Shown one piece after another: positions 29,350 to 38,593 of a stretch of 64,000 nucleotides of DNA; position 1 is the first letter of the stretch, and each line of letters opens with the position of its first letter. This DNA comes from Nitrosopumilaceae archaeon (GTDB lineage Archaea > Thermoproteota > Nitrososphaeria > Nitrososphaerales > Nitrosopumilaceae). Location of the stretch: assembly GCA_052389415.1 (NCBI GenBank), contig JBQTHX010000034.1:1-64000 (forward strand), in the 5' to 3' direction. The notes under the pieces are model-generated. The model had not been told where the DNA came from, ran no database searches, and saw only the letters and a list, made by a program, of their open reading frames with translations. The position numbers and the translations under genes are program-made.

Positions 29350-31458
29350 TCATTGCGCTTGGGCTAAAATGTATGGTGATTTACAGGTAGGACACTTGTC
29401 TGTAATTTTCTCATCTTTTAGGCCACAGTTACCACATATAGATACTTTTCTGATCGGTTTGAAAGTTCCTACAAGTTCGCTTGCTTTTTCTATTGCTTTT
29501 TTGATTCCTGCAGTATCCATTTCATTAGGGATTTTTAGTTGGATCAAAAATCCACCGTTTAACATCTTCGAAATATGATTGCACTCTATTATCTTGTCCG
29601 TCTTTTGGGTCATTCCGTCTATTTCTGAAGCAATTAACGTCATACCAGCGCTATAGGCATCTCCTTCTACAAATTGATGAATGGACATCTTACCGTATTT
29701 TTCGCCGTCTAGGGTAGAAAATCTTGTGGAAGCATCACTTTCAGTCATAGATATAGTAACGTTATCGCCCATTTCTTTTCCCTTCTTGGCTGCAACCTCA
29801 ATGGCTGTTTCTAGCACTTTAGCCATTATTTCGTTTCCGGCCTTGTTGTTTTCATAGCCAAGTATACCCAACACGGCCTCCTTCAAACCTATTAGATTAA
29901 CCACAAGAGTAACAGATCCTTTTTGCATGTACTGTGTATTACTAGCAAGAATAGGATTTAGTCCTCGTCTAGTAAGATCGGAGATGTCTTTCTTTCTAAG
30001 TGACATCGCAGCAAGCGCAGGCTTCATTAAGATTGCAAGACGCGCTCTAAAGTAGGTTTCATCTTTATTGGATTCAAATGCTAGCCTTGGCAGGTTTATT
30101 GAAAGTGACTGTAAGTTAATTGATGTGCCAGTGTTTTTTGTATCTCCACGTAACAAGCCATGATTAGAGACATGACCTTTGGAGAAAATTGTTCTACCTC
30201 CTAATGCTATAATCTCGGAAAGTATCTCAGAAAACTCGGAAAGTTTTCCTTTTTCATAATCAATTATCAATCCAATATGTGGGATTGGCGTTGATTTGAG
30301 GTATTTCTTATATCCAGCAAGCAAAGCCCCAATGATCTTAGAGTCAGAGCCAAGAGGAATCCTAAATGATGCTAGAGTTGAGTTTTGGTTATATTTTGGC
30401 GCAGCCGATGTTATTGCAAACGCATTTGCTATTTTTTCTTCAACTTCAGAAAGAATTTTTGAAAATTTTTGCAAAACTGTTACCAATCCATCTATAATTA
30501 CTTCTTGTGAGGCCTCTTTTAGGAGCAAAGCCGTAAGTAATGAAAGTGATGTCATAAGATCATCTAGAGTCTTAATCGGAGGCATCCTAGTCACGCCAAG
30601 GAATTTTCCACGCAGATCTATTCCATCTTCAAGAAGTTCTTTAATATTTACAAATATCGTATCTGGTAAGAGTGACCAGATTCCAGTGTTTGTCAAATGT
30701 ATATCTCCTGACAGATGTGAATCTGCCACATCCTTTGGCAAGGTGTTAAGGACAAGATTTTCACCAAAAACTGTCTGACCAGTCTTGAAAAGTAACCCTT
30801 CTACACCATTATGAATACCATCGACGTTTGTTATCATTTCATGAATATCATACGCAGGTAGACCCAATCTAGCTAACTTGTGCCTATATTCCTCATGGCC
30901 ATGCTCCAAAAGAACGGCATTAACCATTTCACGTATGAGCGAAGATGTAAGATAAGTCGTTTGAAATTTGTATATGCGATTTTCTACTTCTTCTGTTATT
31001 TTTTGAGCCAGTTCCAATGGAAGGCTGCCTTCACGCACAAGGGATTGTATTATCTTGTGAGAGTTGAATTCCTCTATTGCTTCATGTGACGTTCGTACAT
31101 ACATTTTTCCACTCTCAATAATAGAGCGTTCCTCGATCTGCCTTGCAAGACTTAGAACAAGTTTTCCAAGATTTGTTATAGTATATCGTCTTTCAGATTT
31201 ATTTAAAGCAACGAGAGATTGCCTTAATAGTTTTCTAAGATGATAAGCAAATTTACCACTTTCCTTTTTTGATTTAAAGCCAGCAAGCGATTTTAGTTCA
31301 GAATACGTAAGTGGTCCTTTTGAGTTTAAAATACGAAGTATGTCTATCCTGTTTGGACTTGCCATAACAGAAAAGATCATTCTTACTCGCTTTGATGCAG
31401 ATTGTAAAATTCCTCCCCGTTTTTGATCTCCAAAATCCTCACTTAGCTCCATAGGCAT
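29350..31458 (-). CDS. HTH + ATP cone + class III RNR (NrdD)-like protein lacking the glycyl-radical motif
   Basis: N-terminal ArsR-like HTH (RIDIL..L...YSEL...FAYHL.KL...YTIT..G), ATP cone (EEFNSHKI..SL..E...IRE.VN..LLE.G), H.SGDIH, SINLPRLA, C-terminal CGNCG..CPTCKS; ends without an R.xG(Y/F) loop. Confidence 0.8.
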   Translation of the reverse strand: MPMELSEDFGDQKRGGILQSASKRVRMIFSVMASPNRIDILRILNSKGPLTYSELKSLAGFKSKKESGKFAYHLRKLLRQSLVALNKSERRYTITNLGKLVLSLARQIEERSIIESGKMYVRTSHEAIEEFNSHKIIQSLVREGSLPLELAQKITEEVENRIYKFQTTYLTSSLIREMVNAVLLEHGHEEYRHKLARLGLPAYDIHEMITNVDGIHNGVEGLLFKTGQTVFGENLVLNTLPKDVADSHLSGDIHLTNTGIWSLLPDTIFVNIKELLEDGIDLRGKFLGVTRMPPIKTLDDLMTSLSLLTALLLKEASQEVIIDGLVTVLQKFSKILSEVEEKIANAFAITSAAPKYNQNSTLASFRIPLGSDSKIIGALLAGYKKYLKSTPIPHIGLIIDYEKGKLSEFSEILSEIIALGGRTIFSKGHVSNHGLLRGDTKNTGTSINLQSLSINLPRLAFESNKDETYFRARLAILMKPALAAMSLRKKDISDLTRRGLNPILASNTQYMQKGSVTLVVNLIGLKEAVLGILGYENNKAGNEIMAKVLETAIEVAAKKGKEMGDNVTISMTESDASTRFSTLDGEKYGKMSIHQFVEGDAYSAGMTLIASEIDGMTQKTDKIIECNHISKMLNGGFLIQLKIPNEMDTAGIKKAIEKASELVGTFKPIRKVSICGNCGLKDEKITDKCPTCKSPYILAQAQ

Positions 31459-31519
31459 GTCTAGATTGCATCAGTAAATAAGATTTGTGACGAAAAAGAT
31501 CATATAGTTACATTTTTAA

Positions 31520-31681
31520 TCAGTTTTTTTGTACATCTACAGAAAATTCTGCTGTAGAAAGAGTTTGCCCACAAGATGGACACTTGTTATTATATGGTCT
31601 TGTAATTTCTCGAATGGATTTTAGCATTCGCATATTTGCTATTTTTGCACCACATTTACCACAAACAACATCAACTGACAT
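31520..31681 (-). CDS. Small zinc-ribbon protein (53 aa, not in ORF track)
   Basis: Manual translation MSVDVVCGKCGAKIANMRMLKSIREITRPYNNKCPSCGQTLSTAEFSVDVQKN with two CxxC pairs; TTTATAAT-like box upstream on the minus strand. Confidence 0.8.
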   Translation of the reverse strand: MSVDVVCGKCGAKIANMRMLKSIREITRPYNNKCPSCGQTLSTAEFSVDVQKN

Positions 31682-31752
31682 TAGTTGATATTTTTTGTTT
31701 ATATTATAAAAGAACTGTTTTGGTTTTTTTTAATCAGTTTAGTAAATTTGAT

Positions 31753-32118
31753 TTACAGTTTTTCTAACAACATACCACGCTCGTCATAACCAGCAATTTT
31801 GGTTTTTGCTCCAAGAGGGAGATCAGAGGGCGAAGTAATATTTTGCATAAAGCCAGACACTTGAAGATCTGCCTGATCTAATTTTATTACAACCCAAGCA
31901 TATGGAGTGTATTTTTCATATCCTGCTGGAGGAACTGTAATTATAGTATAAGTAACAACCTTGCCCTTTCCTTCTATTAAGACATTTTCGAATCCCTTAT
32001 TTCCACAATTTTGGCAAAAATAGGTCGTTGCAAGATGCAAATAGCCACATTTTGTGCATTTCCGGGCAAGAATCTTGCCTGCTTTTGCATTATTAACGAA
32101 TTCCTCTTTTGCCGACAA
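31753..32118 (-). CDS. DUF35 Zn-ribbon/OB-fold protein (thiolase partner)
   Basis: CTKCG...CQNCG, G.V.TYT.I..PP.G.....PY motifs; TTG at 32118 lies 1 nt after the thiolase stop. Confidence 0.9.
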   Translation of the reverse strand: MSAKEEFVNNAKAGKILARKCTKCGYLHLATTYFCQNCGNKGFENVLIEGKGKVVTYTIITVPPAGYEKYTPYAWVVIKLDQADLQVSGFMQNITSPSDLPLGAKTKIAGYDERGMLLEKL

Positions 32119-32119
32119 G

Positions 32120-33274
32120 TTATACACTTTTGAAGATATGTACTGCACAGCTTGCGCCTGTTGCCCCGAAGTTGTGGGTTAGACCAATTTTTGCGTCTTT
32201 TACTGTTCTTTCGCCGGCCTTTCCAGTCAGCTGATCAAACACTTCAACGACCTGACCAATTCCAGTTGCGCCAATTGGATGTCCTTTTGATTTTAGTCCT
32301 CCAGATGGATTAATAGATATTTCACCGTTTAATTTTGTCATTCCTTGTCGCACTGCTTCAACTGCTTTTCCTTTTTCAAAAAATCCCAAGTCTTCAGTAT
32401 CAACTAGTTCAGCAATTGTAAAGCAGTCGTGTACTTCTGCAAAGTCAACATCTTTTGGTGTAATTCCTGCCATTTTGTATGCAGCCTGTGCTGCAATCTT
32501 TGTGCTTGGTATAGTGGTAATATGCTCACGTCCTTGCAGTGCAGCAGGTGATCCACCCCTGCCTGATCCAATCACTTGAATGTAATTTTTTGAATGTTCT
32601 TTTGCAAATTTTTCACTACACAAGATTACTGCACTTGCACCATCAGAGAAGGGACAACAATCATATAATTTAAGCGGACTAGCGACAACTGCAGATTTCA
32701 TAACATCATCAACCGTTATTTTTTTTCTTAAATGTGCTTTTGGATTAGCAAAACCATTTTCATGATTTTTTACTGCAACCATTGCAAGGTCTTCTTCAGT
32801 TGCTTTAAATTCTGCAAGATAAGCTCTGGCCATTGATGCAAATAATCCTGGAAATGATGCACCGGCTCCTCCTTCATAAAAAAAATCAGAACAATAAGAA
32901 AAATATGTTGTAGTCCATTCTGTTCCAGTATGAGTTACCTTTTCAACACCTGTAGCTAAAACTGCGTCATAAAATCCAGCAGCCACATTAGCATAGGCTT
33001 CTCTGAATGAAACAGAACCACTTCCACAAGCAGATTCAATTGATAATGATGGCACCTCAGAAATTCCAAGGTTGCTCATTATAACAGGGCCCAAGTGAAC
33101 TTGTTTGTCTGCGATACCAAAAACGTTTGAAATGTATCCTGCTTGAAGTTCCTTTGGTTCAATACCAGCGCTCTCAATAGCTTCGACAGATGCCTGAACG
33201 GCAATGTCTGTAATACTATCTTGTAATTTTCCATACTTCGTGCTTCCTGCACCAATAACGCAGACCTTTTCCAC
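32120..33274 (-). CDS. Acetyl-CoA acetyltransferase (SCP2-type archaeal thiolase)
   Basis: ESACGSG, DCCPFSDGA, EVHDCF, NPSGGL..KGHPIGATG and HNFG motifs. Confidence 0.93.
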   Translation of the reverse strand: MEKVCVIGAGSTKYGKLQDSITDIAVQASVEAIESAGIEPKELQAGYISNVFGIADKQVHLGPVIMSNLGISEVPSLSIESACGSGSVSFREAYANVAAGFYDAVLATGVEKVTHTGTEWTTTYFSYCSDFFYEGGAGASFPGLFASMARAYLAEFKATEEDLAMVAVKNHENGFANPKAHLRKKITVDDVMKSAVVASPLKLYDCCPFSDGASAVILCSEKFAKEHSKNYIQVIGSGRGGSPAALQGREHITTIPSTKIAAQAAYKMAGITPKDVDFAEVHDCFTIAELVDTEDLGFFEKGKAVEAVRQGMTKLNGEISINPSGGLKSKGHPIGATGIGQVVEVFDQLTGKAGERTVKDAKIGLTHNFGATGASCAVHIFKSV

Positions 33275-33347
33275 AAATCTCGCTGACTATATTCCCTATA
33301 AAAATTCTTCATTAATCTCCAACTATAGGAAAGATGATTTGAATACT

Positions 33348-33806
33348 ATGACATTAAATGTTAAGAAACCTTTTGTTATAAAAGATGAAATTTTGATTTC
33401 ACGAAACATGGTAAAAATTTCAAAAAGAAAAATTACTAAAATGAAAAATGAAATTATACAATATTATGATAAAAATGGATTTCTTTCGTGGTCTGAAAAA
33501 AAAAGAAAATATGTAATTCTTGGAACAAATTATCCTAAAAATGGTTTAGTAGAATGTCCAGAGTGCCATATTGGAAAATTAATGTTGATTCGATCTAGAA
33601 AAACAAAAAAAAGATTCATTGGATGCTCAAATTATTATAATGGCTGTAAAGCATCGTCTCCTTTAATACAAAGAGGTATGATCTGCACAACAAAAATTCC
33701 ATGCCATGTGTGTTCATGGCCAATGATTCTTTTTAGATACTCAAAAAAACAAAAGTGGTCAAGACAATGTTGTAACATTATATGTAAAAGCAGAATCAAA
33801 AATTAA
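33348..33806 (+). CDS. Stand-alone topoisomerase C4 zinc-finger protein
   Basis: CPECHIGKL..IRS.KT.KRFIGCSNY..GC and C.VC.WP...C...C motifs. Start uncertain (33348, 33408 or later). Confidence 0.78.
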   Translation: MTLNVKKPFVIKDEILISRNMVKISKRKITKMKNEIIQYYDKNGFLSWSEKKRKYVILGTNYPKNGLVECPECHIGKLMLIRSRKTKKRFIGCSNYYNGCKASSPLIQRGMICTTKIPCHVCSWPMILFRYSKKQKWSRQCCNIICKSRIKN

Positions 33807-34605
33807 ATTTTGAATAGATATCAGTTCTTCTATTTTTTAAAAGTGGGAGTTTTTTTCTCACTTGCTTTATTCGCTCTAATGAAACATCTGCAATTCCAAT
33901 CCCTTCTTTCTTTTTCATATCTAGCAAAATTTTTCCAAATGGATCAACGACTAGACTTCTTCCGCAATAAATATTTCCCACTTGATCTGGTGCAATAACA
34001 TAACAACCATTTTCAATTGCTCGTGCTTTGTTAATCGTTACCCAGTGTTCTTCTTTCATCTCACCTTTTACCCACGCTGATGGGACTATCAAAAATTCTG
34101 AACCTGTTGATGCTAATGTTCTTGATATCTCAGGAAATCTCAGATCATAGCAAATCATCATTCCTATAGTACCTAATCTTGTTTTGATTGGCTTAGAAAT
34201 TCTAGAACCAGGATACAATTTTTTTGATTCTTTCATCCCTAGTGCATCATAAAGATGAATCTTCCGATATGTAGATACTATTTTACCTCTTTCATCGATA
34301 AGAAAAGAAGTATCATACACTCTATTTGGCATTGGACTTTTTTCATAAATCGTTCCGACAACTTGAATTGAATTTTGTTTTGCACTTTTTGCAATAGTAG
34401 AAACAAAAATTCCAGAAATTTTTTCAGCTAGATTTACTAATTGGTTTGATGATTGCGAAGAAGGAGTATAAAACATCATGAATTCAGGAAAAGCACACAA
34501 TTTTGCACCTCTTTTCGCGGCTTTGTTTATGTAATTAGTTATTTTTTTTAGGTTTGTATGTTTGTCACGATCAGCTTTGAATTGCACTACAGCAATTTTT
34601 GTCAT
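33796..34605 (-). CDS. Carbon-nitrogen hydrolase (Nit1/deaminated glutathione amidase-like)
   Basis: FPE, YRKIHLYD, ICYDLRFPE catalytic triad and RAIEN motif. Confidence 0.92.
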   Translation of the reverse strand: MTKIAVVQFKADRDKHTNLKKITNYINKAAKRGAKLCAFPEFMMFYTPSSQSSNQLVNLAEKISGIFVSTIAKSAKQNSIQVVGTIYEKSPMPNRVYDTSFLIDERGKIVSTYRKIHLYDALGMKESKKLYPGSRISKPIKTRLGTIGMMICYDLRFPEISRTLASTGSEFLIVPSAWVKGEMKEEHWVTINKARAIENGCYVIAPDQVGNIYCGRSLVVDPFGKILLDMKKKEGIGIADVSLERIKQVRKKLPLLKNRRTDIYSKFNF

Positions 34606-34640
34606 GAATCATCTAAATTGATTTAAAATAAAAAGGTAGT

Positions 34641-34817
34641 TTAAAGAGGATTTCCAGCCATGTACCAATTTTCTTTTGGATTTTCCTCAAAGACTACTAT
34701 CACATGATTTTCTTTTGTTTTCAGGATTTCCACAGCAGATTTTGTAATTGCTTTTGCAAAATCTTCTTTTTGTTTTTCAGTTCTGCCAGGATACATAGAG
34801 ATTGTTATCAGTGGCAT
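34641..34817 (-). CDS. 4-oxalocrotonate tautomerase family protein (58 aa, not in ORF track)
   Basis: Manual translation MPLITISMYPGRTEKQKEDFAKAITKSAVEILKTKENHVIVVFEENPKENWYMAGNPL; Pro1 and GR..QK motif. Confidence 0.9.
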   Translation of the reverse strand: MPLITISMYPGRTEKQKEDFAKAITKSAVEILKTKENHVIVVFEENPKENWYMAGNPL

Positions 34818-34885
34818 GATTAGAGATATTTAATGATGAATTTATTCTTTTGAAAAATAAATAATTATGAAATAAATTAACTCTT

Positions 34886-35617
34886 TTAATTTCCTTTCCA
34901 ACCATATCTGGTGCCATAAGTGAACTCAGATCGATGTGTTTTTTTGTAGATATATCCAGTTATGAGACCTATTAGGAAACCACCTATATGTGCTAAAAAT
35001 GCCACATTTGAGCCACCAATTGAACTTAAGAAGAGCGGCAATACGTTCTGAAATATGAACCAAAAAGGGAGATACCATTTTGCAGATATGTGCAACATTC
35101 TCATAAAGAACCCAAAGAACATGAAAGTCGTGATTTTTGCATTGGGATATAATGCAAGATATGCGCCTAGAACTCCTGAAATTGCACCGGATGCACCAAT
35201 AGCTGGAATGGGGCTTGATGTATCCCATGCAATATGTGCAAACCCAGCAACAAGTCCCCAGAAGAGATACAAAATAAGATACTTTCCTCTACCAAATCTA
35301 TACTCAATATTATCTCCAAAGATGTACAGGAATAGCATGTTGCCCCCGAGATGCATTATTCCTGCATGAAGAAACATGGAGCTGAAAAGCGGTGCAATAA
35401 CTCCGTAATTTCTTTTATCAAATCCTTCCACGATATCAGCAGGAACAGTTCCATATTGATGAAACAAAACTGCAGCTCTTTCATTTGAAAATTCAAAGAT
35501 TTGTCCAGTGGATGCTACTTCCCATAAAAATATTATCGCGTTTATTGCGATTAATGCATAAGTAAGTTTTGGTCTATAACCTGCTGGCTTTGGATTTTCA
35601 TCACGAATTGGAATCAA
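34886..35617 (-). CDS. Rhomboid intramembrane serine protease
   Basis: MIP..D.NP, SMFLHAG..HL.GNM.FL..FGDNIE, GASG catalytic Ser and AHIGG catalytic His. Confidence 0.95.
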   Translation of the reverse strand: MIPIRDENPKPAGYRPKLTYALIAINAIIFLWEVASTGQIFEFSNERAAVLFHQYGTVPADIVEGFDKRNYGVIAPLFSSMFLHAGIMHLGGNMLFLYIFGDNIEYRFGRGKYLILYLFWGLVAGFAHIAWDTSSPIPAIGASGAISGVLGAYLALYPNAKITTFMFFGFFMRMLHISAKWYLPFWFIFQNVLPLFLSSIGGSNVAFLAHIGGFLIGLITGYIYKKTHRSEFTYGTRYGWKGN

Positions 35618-35666
35618 TTATAGATGAATTCAGTTAGTTTGTATAATAATATTTGTTGAATTTAAG

Positions 35667-37310
35667 CTAGACAGAGATTATTCCTTGTTTTATCATGTAT
35701 TGAATTCCCGATGCAAAGTCTTTGTCTCCAATTGAACCTTCTGCCCACCACTTTGCATTATTTCTGACCCAATCTGGAATCTTGATGTTTTGATTTGCTC
35801 CACCATTTTCTGATACAGGTATTACAATTATTCCTTGTTTTATCATGTATTGAATTCCCGATGCAAAGTCTTTGTCTCCAATTGAACCTTCTGCCCACCA
35901 CTTTGCATTATTTCTGACCCAATCTGGAATTTTTATTATATCTGTAGGTATACTTGCTACAGTTGATGGAATAATAACATGACCTCTAGCAATACCCAAT
36001 CGGCTAGATTCAGTCTTTCCACCTATTGTGATTGATTTGATATCAATTTCCAAAGTGTATACACCGTTGTCTTCAAATGTGAACGATTGTATGCCTACAG
36101 CGCCTTTAGCATCAAGATCTGCTTTAGAAAATACAGGAGTTCCATTTTTATCCAGTATCTTTAGATCATATTTTACATCTCCTCCCACTTTATTACCTGA
36201 GAATGCATCAAAGAAAGTCACTTTGAGTTCAGTCTTTGCATTTGGTTTAAGATCAGCCGGTGACCAATCTAGTTCTGCCCTGAATCCTCCAAAATCAGTT
36301 AGAATTTCAGTCGAGGTTTGAGCATCTGCAATTCCTGGGGATAGGGTGAAATCCATTGTTTTTGTAGTAGACGGTATTTTTTTTGACATCTCCAAAATGT
36401 CGTTTTTGTTTATTAAATAATGAAGTATCAATTCGTCTTCTTTCGAATAAGGATCTATAGCAAGCATCCTTCCAACCAGAGGTATTCCATTTACTTTAGC
36501 AGAAAACGAGGCATTATCTGCAAATTCCTTAAACGATTTTGGGATCTGGATCTCTTCATGAACAAATATGTTCTGACCTTCTAGTCTTGATACGTCCCAA
36601 TCAAATGGCATAGAAAATGAGATGAGTTTTTTTGATTCATCAAATTTGAAATCTTTGATTCTATCGTAGTAAGAAACGATTGTGGTATCATAAGATTTTG
36701 TTTGATAAGTAATCGATTTTTTGAAAACATCTCCAACACTTAGATATGAGTTAAAGGTTGGTTCTTCGCCTTGAATGAAGATATTTTTGGCTGCATCGAT
36801 TCCAATGAATTTGATTTCGAAATGATATAGTCCTCCTTCTAAAAATACTGGAGCGTCTACCCGGACTTGATCATTAGCTGCAGTCCATCCACCCAGAGTG
36901 GGTTCAATATCACCATAAGCCTGCCACTTTCCCGGTGTATCAGTTGGTTTGAATTTGATTGTTAAAATTCCTGACTTTGTATAGAACAGTTCTCTCATGA
37001 GAAGTTGACCTTCCTTTTCTATTTTAACAAAAAATGAATCAGATGTTATTGTTTGATTGTTGTTAGCATCGAATAATCTTAGTTTCAGAAAAGTATCCTG
37101 TGTCGTATCAGAAGTAAGAATAGGAGGACTTACCTGAATGAAAAGACTCGCTTGTCTATCACCCACGCTTGCTGGTGGCAAGTTTTCCATAGTAAGACCA
37201 TCACCATATGCTTCAAAATTTGTTAGAAAAAATCCAATCGATATTAGTGTAAAAGTACACATTATTGAAAGACAATAATTATGAAGAATCTGCATATATG
37301 ATGAAAACAC
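35667..37310 (-). CDS. Exported surface protein with two C-terminal IPDWVRNNAKWW repeats
   Basis: Signal peptide (AYG-DGL); core shared with 47020..48387; duplicated C-terminal module. Confidence 0.85.
   Translation of the reverse strand: MFSSYMQILHNYCLSIMCTFTLISIGFFLTNFEAYGDGLTMENLPPASVGDRQASLFIQVSPPILTSDTTQDTFLKLRLFDANNNQTITSDSFFVKIEKEGQLLMRELFYTKSGILTIKFKPTDTPGKWQAYGDIEPTLGGWTAANDQVRVDAPVFLEGGLYHFEIKFIGIDAAKNIFIQGEEPTFNSYLSVGDVFKKSITYQTKSYDTTIVSYYDRIKDFKFDESKKLISFSMPFDWDVSRLEGQNIFVHEEIQIPKSFKEFADNASFSAKVNGIPLVGRMLAIDPYSKEDELILHYLINKNDILEMSKKIPSTTKTMDFTLSPGIADAQTSTEILTDFGGFRAELDWSPADLKPNAKTELKVTFFDAFSGNKVGGDVKYDLKILDKNGTPVFSKADLDAKGAVGIQSFTFEDNGVYTLEIDIKSITIGGKTESSRLGIARGHVIIPSTVASIPTDIIKIPDWVRNNAKWWAEGSIGDKDFASGIQYMIKQGIIVIPVSENGGANQNIKIPDWVRNNAKWWAEGSIGDKDFASGIQYMIKQGIISV
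35677..35930. repeat. Exact 104-bp direct repeat (35677-35780 and 35827-35930, period 150)
   Basis: Both copies read ATTATTCCTTG...CCCAATCTGGAAT identically and encode IPDWVRNNAKWWAEGSIGDKDFASGIQYMIKQGII. Confidence 0.95.
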
Positions 37311-37362
37311 TTGGAGGATTCTATTTAATTCTTAGTTAGATTCCTACTAATGATATAAATGA

Positions 37363-38523
37363 TTGAGGATTACAGGCATGAATGAGAAAATGATAAAGTG
37401 GAAAAAGATTTTTTCTTTTTTAGTTATTTGTACAGTTGGTCTTGTTTCTTATTTTTTACTCAATTTTGAATCTAATAATGACCACAATTTTGCTTTTGCG
37501 CAAAATTCCTCAATTGCAATTATTACGATAGCAGATGATGATAGATTACTTTCAGGTGCGGAATATTCTATCACACCGGACCCGTTCAAGATGACTGGAA
37601 CTTTGTTCATTAAAGATAATTCATTATTAGATTCTGAAAAAGAAATTGATGGAGTTATCTCATTATCTAGTGTAAAGAATGGAAACTATATCATCAAACA
37701 GACGGGAGCACCTTCTGGATATATTTTATACAAAATTTCAAAAACAATCGGAATAGAAAATTCTTCAACTTCTGTAACTTTTACCAACAATCCTGAAACT
37801 AGTTTAGTTGAAAAAAATTCTATTCAAAATATTACATATACAGCAAAATTTGTTTGCGGATCAGTCTTTGGAGATGAAGGACCATTGAGGCCTGGTCATT
37901 ATGATACAGACATCAGTATTTTTAATAAACAGAATTTTCCAATTAAATTATTATGGAACGTTGTGGTAAATGATGGTCCAATCTCAAATGCAATAATAAA
38001 AAATTTAGAAAGTGAAACAGCTACCGGAATTTTTTGTAAACAAGTAAGAGAATTACTTGGTCTTGGAAATAACAGCGAGAAACTGACAGAAGGTTTTGTA
38101 GTAGTGAGAATTCAGTTAGATTCCATACTTGAAACTGCAGAAAGTAAGATTCTAAGAAATATTTCTGAAGGTGAGATCAATTTGCTTGATGTTCAGGTAT
38201 TTTACACAGCAAATGCTCTTCCTACTTTACCACATGAGGTGATTGTAGACAAAATTTCATTTTATATTATCCAAGATAAGAGTGGAAAGATCCCAAGTGA
38301 AGTAATACGTAAACCACTTGATGTATCCATACCATCTCAACTCAATGAGATATCAAACACTGAATCCAGAATCAAGAACATTTTGGCAGAGAAGTATGAT
38401 CTTTCCTTAGAAGATATGGAAAAAATCATTCTTAGAATAAGACATGTATCAGTAGGAGTAGGTAGTTTAATAGACGATCATGCAATATCATTACATGTTG
38501 TGGAACCTCAAGCAAGTTCATGA
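37363..38523 (+). CDS. Exported protein with SpaA/prealbumin-like Ig domain and YxAKFVCG domain
   Basis: N-terminal TM; LSGAEY, G.Y.I.QT.AP.GY and YTAKFVCG...PLRPGHYDTDISIFN motifs. True start may be the ATG at 37378 or 37390. Confidence 0.75.
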   Translation: MRITGMNEKMIKWKKIFSFLVICTVGLVSYFLLNFESNNDHNFAFAQNSSIAIITIADDDRLLSGAEYSITPDPFKMTGTLFIKDNSLLDSEKEIDGVISLSSVKNGNYIIKQTGAPSGYILYKISKTIGIENSSTSVTFTNNPETSLVEKNSIQNITYTAKFVCGSVFGDEGPLRPGHYDTDISIFNKQNFPIKLLWNVVVNDGPISNAIIKNLESETATGIFCKQVRELLGLGNNSEKLTEGFVVVRIQLDSILETAESKILRNISEGEINLLDVQVFYTANALPTLPHEVIVDKISFYIIQDKSGKIPSEVIRKPLDVSIPSQLNEISNTESRIKNILAEKYDLSLEDMEKIILRIRHVSVGVGSLIDDHAISLHVVEPQASS

Positions 38524-38593
38524 TTCTATTTTTTATTTATTTTAGATATGAAGATAAGAAAAATTCTTATCCATAATTAGGAGTAGTAGAGTA

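Noticed and set aside
29350-31458. Functional anaerobic ribonucleotide reductase NrdD
   Set aside because: Lacks the glycyl-radical loop and finger-loop Cys, and has no adjacent nrdG; reported as a pseudo-enzyme candidate instead.
31753-33274. Thiolase-DUF35 pair as a novel system
   Set aside because: Well-known archaeal arrangement (DUF35 scaffolds thiolase complexes).
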